Of a DNA stretch of 64,000 nucleotides, positions 1 to 12,500 are shown one piece after another. Origin of the DNA: Ophelia neglecta (Eukaryota); contig OZ260661.1 of assembly GCA_965285935.1 (NCBI GenBank), forward strand, positions 27,156,001 through 27,220,000. Reading direction: 5' to 3'. The position numbers and the translations under genes are program-made. The notes under the pieces were generated by a model. It made no database searches. It was not told where the DNA came from and saw only the letters and a program-made list of their open reading frames with translations. The first letter of the stretch is position 1. Each line of letters starts with the position of its first letter.

Positions 1-423
1 CAGTCATGAAAGGACCACCCAGAGAACAGAGCTCACTGCCCAAGAACAGGGAACAAATAATTGTACGGAGTTCAAAATTTGCACAAAGCTATGAAATTAA
101 ATGTAAAAACATTGCTAACATGCTGTACGCAAATCTATGATCACATATACTAATATGTTATACTACTGAGCACACAAATATTGCAGTTTGCATCTATTAT
201 CAATAGCTGGGATACAATAAGCTACTAAATTTTACAAGCTGACCAGGAAAGTAATTAATAATACTTGGAATGGATATTTGTTGCAGAAAGGGAGTCAGGT
301 GCAACCTGGGCGTATTTGTGTAATTGAAAAAGCATAACTTTAAAAACTAATGTTTTCAATTTTGAAAACTGGGACTTTTTCATTCCTTGTTTCATTTTTT
401 TTTATACAGAGCAGCCATCTTAC

Positions 424-588
424 TTCATTTTTAGTCCAGTAATCTTTGATAATCTCTCTTAATTTTTCAATTTCGCCCTCTTTCTGAGCGACCAGACCCT
501 GGTCGTCACCAGAGTGCGCCCCGCCGTTTCCGTTGGTCAGGGTGACAGACTTTTCTGACTGAATCTTCTCGTATTTCTGCTCTAGGTC
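424..588 (-). CDS. RRBP1: Exon 22 (DLEQKYEKIQSEK...QKEGEIEKLREIIKDYWTKNE)
   Basis: gaaccag| ... |GTAAGA, 165 nt, phase 0-0. Confidence 0.78.
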
Positions 589-3500
589 CTGGTTCAAAGC
601 AAGCAAATCAAAATCAGGCACTACTCCCTGCCCGTACACAGGCCACTGCTATGGCATACGAGACCATCAAGTGAAAGATACTTATGTGAAAGAAGTTTGT
701 AATGAATTTTTATTTTCCTCACAGATAATTAGTTTGTATTTTTGAATGAAAATCTGACAACCTATTGAATTTCTTCCAATTTATGAACATGTAATAAACT
801 TCTATACTTTAATGGGAAAAATTCCATTCTGGTTTAAATTCGCTAATTCATGGAAAATACTCAGTCACAAAATCAAAACTTTGTCATGGGGTATTCCCAC
901 GTGTCTGTTGAGCCTAAATACCTCATGGTGCCAAATTAAAAACACATGAATTGTAATAATTCGCAAAATCCCCTGCAAACATTTCTACTGTTACAGTATA
1001 TTGTATAGGGATAAATTCTTTCCCCCCAGGAGAATGTATCATTCCACAGTGTTGTCTCGTATACAAGGCAGCAGCACAATGCACTGAACAGGGTTCACCA
1101 CAAATATGAACAGGCTCTAGGTGAAGCTTACTAGAAATGTGCAATTAAACTTTAACATTATCAGCCAAGTTTATAATCATTGTAATATCAATATTACTAA
1201 TATACTAAATACTCTAAACAATACCAAAAAAATAACTGACAAAACACGGATAAGTAGTACAGAAAATAAATGACAAACAATTTCCAGTAGCTACTGCTAT
1301 GAATAAACAACTAAAAAGGCAGTTAACACCAGCTGTCCTTGTTACATGAACCTTAAATTAAATATATGTTGAGGAAGCTGTGATAATATTAATGTGATGC
1401 AAATAACATCATGCCTTAAGGATCAGTAATATAAATTGAGCCAATGAAAATGTACATGTATTTAAATATATATTCGGGTGTAAATTAATATTTATTGTGG
1501 AACCAGGAAGGCGGCTGGTGACTTATTAAAGATTCATATTATGATCATAGATGCTTGTTCTAATGGTACAATTGCTAGTGCAAAGCAAGGCATAGGCGAT
1601 TAGCATAGGCAGCTTAAAAGACTGGTGTTAGATGAACTGGAAAAAAGTGGTTTAAGAAAAAATCAAAGGAAACGGTTGTCTTCATGAGATAAAACAAGGA
1701 AATAAAATCAGACAAAAATGACTTCAGGGACTACTGAACTGCATCATGGGGATCAATAAAAACCAAAGAATATTCTATTCTGTAATTATCAAAGAAGTAA
1801 TGGTGATAGATAACTCAAAAAGGCCTATTTTCATCCTCAAGAGGGACAAAACACAAAACTGTACTGACTGAAAGCTGGGTCATATAACAACAGAATAACT
1901 GAGCAAACTCAGGTCAGAAATACAAGACTCCATCAGATTAAATCTAATTTGTCAAGTGGACCAACTTGACCTAAAAAACATGATATTACTTGACCCTAAA
2001 CACATAATTAGACTTGACCTATATTGGCATTTCTGTACTTTTTGAAGGTGCTATCTTTCCAATTTGATGAAGGTGCTTAAAGATTAAATTTATTTCCTTA
2101 TTGCATGTGCATTAATCTCATTGTAGCTTGCACCTGGAACAACCAAACTCCAACAGATGAGTGGATCCAGCATGTACAGGGCGCAAATGTTCCAAAAACG
2201 AAGTGCATAAAAGGGAATACAAAATATCATATGCAGTTTCTAGGAAATAGTGATGTGTACTTTTGAAAGTGGTAAAAAAATTGAAGTGTAAAAATCTTAA
2301 AATATCATAAATAGTAAAGAGTTGAGTGAGCTCTAAGTTGATCCTGAGAGTACCGGTAATCAGATTATGTTTAGTTGTAATGTAGTGTGCCTTCTGTATC
2401 CTTGGGACTGCTCCAGGCTGCAGACAACTCGAGGGATAACCAAGTAGTGGTAGGTTCCTGTGTGAGTAGTGAACCCTGCTGATAAAACACTACTAGTACA
2501 CTAGTGCCCCACTTGACCCACCGTAACACTAGTGCCACACTTGACCCACTGTAACACTAGTGCCCCACTTGACCCACTGTAACACTAGTGCCACACTTGA
2601 CCCACTGTTACACTAGTGCCACACTTGACCCACTGTAACACTAGTGCCACACTTGACCCACTGTAACACTAGTGCCACACTTGACCCACTGTAACACTAG
2701 TGCCACACTTGACCCACTGTAACACTAGTGCCACACTTGACCCACTGTAACACTAGTGCCATACTTGACCCACTGTAACACTAGTGCCACACTTGACCCA
2801 CTGTAACACTAGTGCCACACTTGACCCACTGTAACACTAGTGCCACACTTGACCCACTGTAACACTAGTGCCACACTTGACCCACTGTTACACTAGTGCC
2901 ACACTTGACCCACTGTTTCACTAGTGCCACACTTGACCCACTGTAACACTAGTGCCACACTTGACCCACTGTAACACTAGTGCCACACTTGACCCACGGC
3001 AGTGCCGAGCATCAGCAGCACAGTAGATTACAACTTTATGTGTTAAAGCGTGTAGATGTAAGGTGTAAGTGGTTTTGATGTTACGATGTAGATGTTGTTT
3101 TAGTCTTATACTGTACAGCAGTGATGCTTACATGCCGAATGCTTGCATTCCCCCCCCCCCCCCCCCCCCCCTTACTCAGGATACTCCATTACACAGGTGA
3201 TATTGTACATGTACACATGCCCGAGTGGCTTACTTTGAGTTTGAGTTTTTGTGAGCCGAGCTCTTTGGTCAGGCGCTCGTTCATGGTGTCTTTCTTAGAG
3301 AGAATGCCCCGCAGATTACTTGTAGTAGTGCTGTTCTGTTGTAGGGCAGCCTCCGCTTTCTGGGAACAAAATTAAAGGCATGTTAATATCTAGGGATTTT
3401 TAATTACAGTAAAACTCAATAAAACTACTGGCCAAGAATTGTGTATGGCTTACTCCAAAATATAGTGTTTTGAGACTAGAAGATCTAGGATCTTGAGGAA

Positions 3501-6500
3501 TAAAAGGGGGTCTTGTTTAAACTGGAAGACATATCCATGGGAGGAGACACCCTTCCCACAGCTGTAAGACTCTTAGCAATAGCCTGATAGCCATAAGGAA
3601 TTTATTAAAGAATCCCCTAGACTCCCCCCTCCCCCCTTATTGGTCTCCATACCCCCCCCTCCCTCCCCCCAATTGTCTCAATTTTGGTTTATAACTAATA
3701 CAAATTGAATTTTCTTACCATCAACTGACAAATATTTTGACCAGTTTAATCAAAACTAACACTGATAATAAATTAAAAACTTCTGTAACAATAAAACGGT
3801 CAATTCCATTTCCAAATAAAGAACAGAAAGCTGCTAGCAAAGGAATTCGCATTATCTGGGTAAAAATGACACGGAAAGCAACTCTCACAAAAACTGGGCT
3901 ACCGACATGAAAATCTGACAATGAAAAATCAGAAAAATAAACTGCAGACCAAATCAAAGTAACTAGTGATTTATCGCTGAGAGTCTGTCGGAGAAAAGTA
4001 GCTTAGGATCCTAGCAGAGTGAGTCCAACAAAACCACAAACCCAGTTTAATACGGCACAATATTTTATGAAAAGCTGCTGTAACAGAGGAAACAGTCGAA
4101 ATGCTAACATAATAAAGAAAAACATCATACTGGCCCTATAAATATGTCAGTAAGGATCAAGTTACAAATGCCTAATTTGATAAAGGAATATTGAGTAAAA
4201 GTAGCTGATTAGAACTGCAGTTATTTGAGCAGCTTGCAACAAGAGAAAATAATACTTATTGCTCAGAAGCCAACCAGTTAATCCGCCCCTAGGTTTGTAT
4301 AAGTCAAGTGCTCAAAAGTATCCATCAGAAGTGGTTATAGCGACTCAAATTCTGAGCCAAGAGCAAAGAGGATAGTGGTCTGGAGCAGTATTATATTATC
4401 ATGAGCAGTCTCCGTAGAAAATCTTTTTTTTTGCATAGCAATTGATCAATTTAATAAGAAACGACTTTCACTATCTAACTACACTACTATTTTACTCTAC
4501 AACTAACACTAATGGATTTAATGGAGCTTTAATAGTTTCATTAGCAATGCTGATAGTTTCCAAAGCTAATATCAGTTGCACTGCAATGAGAATAAGTTCC
4601 TAAGAACTTTCCTGGTCTCCATGGAAACCACTACCAGTTAGATAAGGTATGTCACAGTGAAGAAAGAGGCCGGATGTATTTTAGCAAAAACAGTCCCAGA
4701 AATCCCGTGCATAAAGCTGGGTCCTACTCTGAGGGCCTCTTCTTTCTGGGCGAGCAGGGTCTGTAGGATGGAGAGCTCAGCGTCCTTGGTGTCCAGATCC
4801 AGAACCAGCTGGGACATGTCCCACTGCGACTTCTCCTGTACCCGCGTGAACACGGTCACCTCCTTACGACTCGGCGAGAGGGGGTCGGCCGAGCTGGGGT
4901 CCGACGGCTGGCGCTCAAAGTCCACGCGAGTGTGGCTCATTTCATCTATAGTCACCTTCAACTCCTGAGATGGGGTTAGGTGGAAAACATCCAATATTAA
5001 ACTGTATTAAATACACTATAAATACTCAACTTGCAGCAGTAATCACTGCATGGTCTACTACCCTATATATATATATATATATATGCACAAGCACAAACCC
5101 ACACAGGCGAAAGACAACTCTGACACTAGCTACAGCAAACTCTAGCAAGACTCAACTCAAAGGCATGAAATTGGAAAGTGCCGTAAATAAAAGGGTTATT
5201 CAGTGTGTACATGTACATGTATATGCAACAGAGAGTTTAAAGATGGATAGTAATGTAGATAGGGCTTTGGAACTACAAGTTCAATATATACAGTATAGTC
5301 TACCTCAGGAAATGTGGTCAAAACCTGTGCATACAAAACTTAACTTGATGTATCTTACAGTGTATTTCTTAACACTTTTCCTCCTGGAATATTTAACTAC
5401 TATGATTTACAAGTGGTTTACTACTATCCTTGAAGTGTGATTTACTACTAGCCTGGTAGTGTTTACTACTAGCCTAGTAGTGTGATTGACCAGTATCCAG
5501 AAGGAAAAAGGTTAAACAATCCCTTCCAAAAGTATACAAAATGTGCTCATGCTTGCATGCATAATTTCTAATAAAGTGACATCAAAATTAAAAATGCCCA
5601 AATTTGTCCAAATTTGTCCAACTTCTAAATAAATCAAGGATTAAGATAAATTAGGAGAGTAGGTGTGCAAGCAAATCACTCCTAATAAACGGCAATCTAA
5701 TATAAATATATACAATTATCAAGTCCTTATACCCTAATTATATATCAACAGGTCAAGCTGGAAATTAATTAGTATTAAATAGGCCCTTAACAGAATCACA
5801 CAGGGCATTTTCTTACTCGAATCTGGGAGTCTTTAGTTTCTATGGTTGACTGTAGGCGGTGTACTTCGGAGGCCTTAGCGTTCAGCTCCTTTTGTACTAG
5901 TGAGATCTCTTCTGCGGAGCGCTCGGCCTGACTGAGAGCGATTGTAGCCTGCTCGCAGCCCAGCCGCAGGTCCTTGGAACATAACAGCTCATTTTTATCA
6001 TGCATCCTCTAAAAAGCCTTTCTCACTGGGAATTTATTAGCTGAAGTATGTATCTTTATCTACTTATTCTACACGCCTCTCAAACTTTCCAGCCCAAAAT
6101 TCATGACCACTAGTTGACATTGTTCATCTTTATATAAAATCGATATTTACATTTCTAGTTCGAAAAATTTCAATAAAAGTAAATTTGAAGACAGTTTAGG
6201 TTTGATAATCACTTAGATCTAACCTGAAGATAAATTAAACTAAACCTTAGCATTCTCAAGAATGGATAATTATTCTCTATCAATAAAATAGAATGAAACA
6301 TACCTATTAATTATATCATGCATGAATATAATGGAAAAAGAAAATGGCTGGGATAATGAAAATTGAAAAACAATTTTTGTCTACACTAAAATGCAAGGAG
6401 ATTAGAATCAAGCTTAATTCTACGGAGACTCAAACAGTTGCTCCTTCTCTATAAGCTTGGCATTAAAGAAGGTCACAAGACATGTTTTGGTCACTTTTCC

Positions 6501-9500
6501 TTCAAAAAGCAGAATGCAATTCAAACCAGGACTATACAGAGGTGAAGAACTCGGGGAAAAATTGAGAAAAACGGCGGACACAACAAATTTGGCAAAATGC
6601 ACAAAGACGTTAGCGCACAACAATCTACATTCATGGTTATCTTACAGAAAAAATTTGAAAAAGTAGTGTTATATTATCGGGTAAAACACACATTTTAAAA
6701 AATAATTTCGCTAAAAAATGGTTGTAACTTGTTATCACGCCTACTATGTCGTTAGGGCTAAACAGTAGGATGAACAGAAGAGAAGAAAAGACAAGTTGAG
6801 AGCTTACAGAGTTTTCTTTCTTAATAACGGAGAGCTCATCTTGAATTCTTTGGAGCTCATTGGCTTTGTTTTTGAGCTCTTCCTCGACCCGAGAAGTGGC
6901 CTCGGAAGATTGTTCGGCCTCTTCCAATTTCTGCCGCAATTCCTGTACATCCTGCATAGAAAATAAATATTGAAGTTTCTCTAAAACAAAAACTGAACTA
7001 AATTAAATATTAAGCCACAAACGAAACAAACACTCATAATTTGACTACTTTCTATGTTTAAGGTATAAATAAAATTGTCACTAGAAGCATCTGATAAAAG
7101 TTAACAATTAATGTATCCTAGAGTATTTCCAATGTATTAGAGTCAGAACTACATAGGTAAGGACTATGACATGATATAAATAGGTGTCTATTTCCCCAAA
7201 AAGGAGTGCATTCAAGCAAAATTCCACACAAAAAAGGTGGTTGCATATTACCCGAGTTAATTCACAGCAAAAATTTTGAAAAACATTGAAATGGTGATTA
7301 GTGATTTGACAGAAAAAAAAACCCCAAAGTAGACCTGTTTGTATTTTTGCAGTATAATAATTTAGGTTGGATGGGTAGATTTTTGTAATGGGACAATAAT
7401 ACATTGGAACCACTGATCACCACACCGCCTAGTCTAGAAAACCAAAAAACACATCAGTTAGAACAGTAGGAAAGATCTAAAACTACCACATGCACACACA
7501 CACAGATATAGCAGAGTTCTTAGTTTGTGCCTTATGTCCAAGCTGGGCATGAATTCTTACATGATTTTCTTGCTTCATGGCTGTTAGCTCCCCTCGGACC
7601 CTGTCTAGATCACCTTGAACCAACCCAAGCTGGCTCTCCTTGGCATTGAGCTCCGAATCTCTTTCCGCTAGCCGCTCTTGGACAGACTGTTGCTCCGAAA
7701 TCTGGTGATTCAACTGAACTTCCTTGGAATGAAGCTGCTCTTGAATCAGGTCAAGTTGCTCCTGTGTGGTTTGGAATTGAGCATCTCTTGTCTCCAATTG
7801 CTCCTGGAGTGATTTCAGTTGAGTATTGCTGGCGTTCAGCTCCATTTCCTTAGCAGAAAGCTGCTGTAGAAGTGCCTGCAGATCAGAATCGCCGGTATTC
7901 AATGCTAACTGTCCGGCGCTCAGCTGCTGTTTGACTAATTCTAGCTCTGCGATCTGACTGTTTAGCACCTGGTCTTTTTCTCCTACCAGTTCTCTGGTCT
8001 GGTTGAGTTCACACCTGACGGTCTCCAGCACAGACTCCTGACTGGTTAGCTGCTCCTTGAGTGAACAGATCACTGTCTCGTGGGCAGCAGCCTCCGTCTC
8101 CTTTGAATGTAGTTGTTCTTCACGGGACTGCAATTCTGAATGGCTGGCAGTAAGTTCACTTTCTTTAGCATTAAGTTTCTCCTGAAAGTTTGCCAGATCA
8201 TTTTGAACTGATTGTAGTAGGGCATCTTGGGAGTTTTGCTCAGATTCCCTAGATCTAAGCTTTTCTTGAGCCTGCTCAAGACTGCTTTTTGCTGTATCAT
8301 ATTCTGAGGTTTTAGAGTGTAGCTGCTCTTGAAGGGAGTGCACTTCAGACATTCTGGTTCCAAGCGCAGTTTCTTTGGCATCAAATTTATCCTGAAGACT
8401 TGCTAAATCCTCTCGAAGCTGGTCTCTTAGGGAGTTCAGCTCTGCGTCCCTGGCATGAAGCTCAGATTGGGTGGAATTAAATTGGTCTCGGAGGCTGGCC
8501 AGATCACCCTCTAAGGCCTGTAACTGTGATTGTTGTGAGTCCTGTTCACTTTCTTTTGATTTAAGGTGGCCCTCGGCTTCCTTCAAATCACCCTTGGCAG
8601 ACTCCAGCTCGGATGTTTTCAACTGGAGTTGCTCTTGGAGAAACTGTAACTGTGTGTGTCGGTCACTGAGCTCAGATTCCTTGCTGTTGAGCTGCTCCAG
8701 TAGTGTCTGTAGCTGGGAGTCTCCAGTGTTCAAGGCAGATTCTCTGGCACTCAGCTGTTCTTTAACCAGCTTCAGTTCACTGTCTTTGGCACTAAGCTCC
8801 GTTTCTCTCGAGTTCAGCTGTTCCCTGACTAAATCCAAATCATTTTGGACAGATTTGAGCCCGGTGTCTCTGCTGCTCAGCTGATTTTCTTTATCCTGAA
8901 GCTGCTCCTTGAATGACTGTAGCTCTGTAACATGAGCTTTTAGCTCAGCGTCTTTACTGGCCAGCTCTTCTCTGAGGGCTGCAAGTTCCTCTAAGGACTT
9001 GGTGTCTGTACTACTGGCACTTGGGTGTTCTTCTGAGGGTTTGGAACTTGTACTACTAGGGTCTGCTGCCATCTCTTGGCGTTTCTGTAACTCCTACGAA
9101 GGTAAGCAACATGGGTGAAGAAATCATGAAAGGCAATGATGGCGACTCTGTGCTGAAATCAAATATCTAGCTGAATATTCTAACTAGATCGCACGGTCTA
9201 CATCTAAATATGCTTGTGACATGTGTACACATGCTTGTGATGTGTACACATGCATGTGACATGTGTACACATTCTTGTGACATGTATCCTAGGCATGCCC
9301 CCAACCCACATAACTGCACATCCTATCTGTACAACCAGAAAATAGATCATTATGACTTTTTGTACCACAAAAACTGTACCATATAAGTTAAACACCATTA
9401 CCAAGTTATATGTACAATAAAAAATACCTAAAATACTTCAAAAGCACTGCAAACCACACTGGCAATGACCTCACAGTGTTTAACCTATATATATGACCAT

Positions 9501-12500
9501 CTTGTCTCTACTAGTCTGCCTAGCTATTCATGGTTTATAAATCATCAAGTGTGGACCATGCACTGTTTTATCATCAAGCTAAATGCACAAATCCACACAC
9601 TTTCTCAACAGTAGAGCCAGCTTACTTCACATGTCTTTTTGGCAGTGTCCAGTTCTTGGGAGAGGGAGTCGACTTGGCTAGTTTTATCCGCAATCTCCGT
9701 TTGTAGACGAGCAACTGCCTCGTTGGTATCGTCCGATTTAGACGTCTCCTCCGCAGAGAGTTGGGTGATCTGCTCATTGAGGGCCTTCACCAGAGATAGG
9801 AAAGGAAAGAAATACAAATAAAAATAAAATAGACACATTAAATGCTGGCGGATTTAGGAAAGAGCATACAGGTTTACTCGTCCTCTTAAGACATGGGGAT
9901 GGGACTCCTGTTCTCACCAGAAATTGCCCCTTGGAGGGCCTTGAGCCTGTGGGGTGCGTGTGCCCTCCCAGAGGGCCTCTGGGGGCTTGGCCCTCAGACC
10001 TCCTCTGGGGGATTCCTGAGGGGATGGGGTGGGCCCATACCCCCTCTGGGAGGGCACAAAGGGTGTGGGGTGGGTGTCCTTTTCCAGAGGGGTCATTGGG
10101 GCCTAACCCCCTAGAGACCCCTCTGGGGGATTGCCAAGGGGTGGGCCCATGACCCCTCTGGGAGGGCACAAAGGGTGTGGGGTGGGTGTCCCTTCTCAGA
10201 GTGGTCATTGGGGCCTAACCCCCTAGAGACCCCTCTGGGGGATTGCCAAGGGGTGGGCCCATGACCCCTCTGGGAGGTACGTACCCTGTAAAGCTGACAC
10301 AAAGCTTTTAATAAATCCTAGATCCGCCAACATTACAATGGAGTATCAACTACACTACCTAGTAGTAAAGACATTTAAAACTCAACGTCGTAACCCAGCT
10401 CACAGTCCCAGCTATAGCTGATTGGCCATCAAACCGGGTTACTGTGTCAACCCGTGTCACCATCACGGCTAGGTCATATGGGCAGGTAACCCGGGCAACA
10501 GTGGTGACCCAGGTCACAGTCACCGCCATAGCAGATGAGCTGGTTACTCAAGTTACAACATTTAGTTAAAACAAAGGTAAAGAACTAGAGAAAAATGAAT
10601 CTATGAAACATAAAATAAACTATACAAGTATTATAGGAGAAAAAAATTCTAAGCTAATGACTAAATCTACCACTGGATTATACATATATATATATATTTA
10701 ACTAATGCTCATTTCACATATTGCAGAGAATACTGTGCAAACAACTGGAGGTTATTTATTGGGAGTTTTCTGCCTCCTTTCTCTGTTCTAATGAGATGTG
10801 TACGAGTTCTTACAGAGTTATTTTTCTGTAGGAGCTCCACCTGTGTCTGGAGTGACTGCAGCTCGCTGAGTTTGGCGTCGAGCTCAGACTTGACCTTGTT
10901 GAGTTCCTCCCCCATTTGAGTCTGCTCCTCTTGGCTCTTAGCCAAGTCAACATGTGACTGCTGGAGATCCTGATCACCGAGAAAAAAAACCAGCCATCAC
11001 CAAAGGAAATAAACAAATACTGTTCAGAAAGAAAAAATAAAATCAATTAAAACATCAACGAAAACATCTAAGACATCTATAAAAAAAATGTATGTATAAA
11101 TTCCAATATCTTAAGAATGTTTATAAACAGCTTTCAGCTGAGGAAATCAATTTTAAACTATTTTTTATAAATTTCATTTTAAGAAGATAGAGCACCTGCT
11201 TCACAATGTGTTTTTGACATCAATATCACATGATGTGTATCACATGATTGATTGAGTGACACCTGGTGGGATCATCTAGTACTTATTTTTCCTGCCAAGT
11301 GGATTTTCTCAGAAAACCTTCTGGTTCTTACTAGTATAAAGGGTATGGTGAAAATGGCAACCTTAAATGCTGTATTTTATTAACATTAAGTCAAGAGAAG
11401 TATGGGGTCATGAAACAGGGTGAAAATATCCTTATATGTACTACTTAAAAAGTTGGACATATTCAGGTAAATCCTAGATCTGGTCAGCTCATTTGAACCC
11501 GTTAAGGTAGATAAATATAACTAAATGAGGGAATTATTTTTGTATATGTAGGTTGTGAATCAACCTATTACATGTCCAGCTGGACTGTCTACAATATTAA
11601 GACTTGACTAGAATTACCTAACCTCCCCTCCCCCCTCCCCCCACCCCCTATCTATACCTATGTGGTAGACCCATTATGTATAAGCTGATTCACTATGCTA
11701 ATTACTATGATAGTGACTTGATACAAAATAATAGAATAAGGGTTTTTTGGAAGACAAACAGTCCAATAAACATGAAAAATACAAACATACACATAGGTTA
11801 GAGTTTTATATTAGCATTGTTATGTACAAAGCTGATTAACTAAACAGATGCATGTTTAATTTCATAGATTTCAGAGTTTCCTAACAACAGATCTAATGCC
11901 TACAATTAATGTCAGCTCTGAGAGATGAGAAAAGTTAATAGATTATAACTCCCAGCAGAATAAGAGTTAATTATTCAAAGAGACAGGTCACAGTAATATA
12001 TCCATGCTTCTTCTCCATCACAACTTACTACTTCATTGGGTTGACCAATTTTGACATATTTCGATGAAGTTCGAGGCTCTAATCACACTACATTTTTATG
12101 TACAAGGGTTTGGCAGATATCTTCACACTAAACCTTCTCTATACTACTATGATAAAAACTTTACTACTATGTAAAGTCAAGACTAGGCTGCACCTAACAC
12201 TACTATGTACATTTATAATCAGAACTAGGCTGGACCAAACGACTGACTACATGGGATTCTAAGGCCAGCAGACGACTACTTCTAAAGTGTTGCCCTTGAC
12301 AACTGTTGTCATGGCAACCGTCTCCATGGGACCCAGAGCACACAATAATAAAGCGAGATTGCTCACGTAGCGGAGGCCGAAGGTCTCCTCTCGCAGCTGT
12401 ACCATGGCAGCTGTCTTGTTGGCCAGCCCAGCCTGCAGCTGTGACAGCTGATCGGCAGCTGCACAGTCGTTCCTTCGTTCGGCACGGAGATCCTGGCCAC

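Noticed and set aside
2498-2997. CRISPR-like 28-bp repeats (also 17026-17441 and 36752-37120)
   Set aside because: Head-to-tail units without unique spacers, no cas genes, eukaryotic intron; these are minisatellites
4970-5440. 156-aa plus-strand ORF
   Set aside because: AT-rich, runs through an (AT)n microsatellite, no recognisable domain
7483-9072. Stand-alone 529-aa coiled-coil gene
   Set aside because: Bounded by a good acceptor (9093) and GTAAGA donor (7561) in phase with neighbouring exons; it is an internal exon
9774-10302. Overlapping Gly/Pro-rich ORFs on both strands
   Set aside because: Products of the GC-rich 112-bp repeat inside a TIR element
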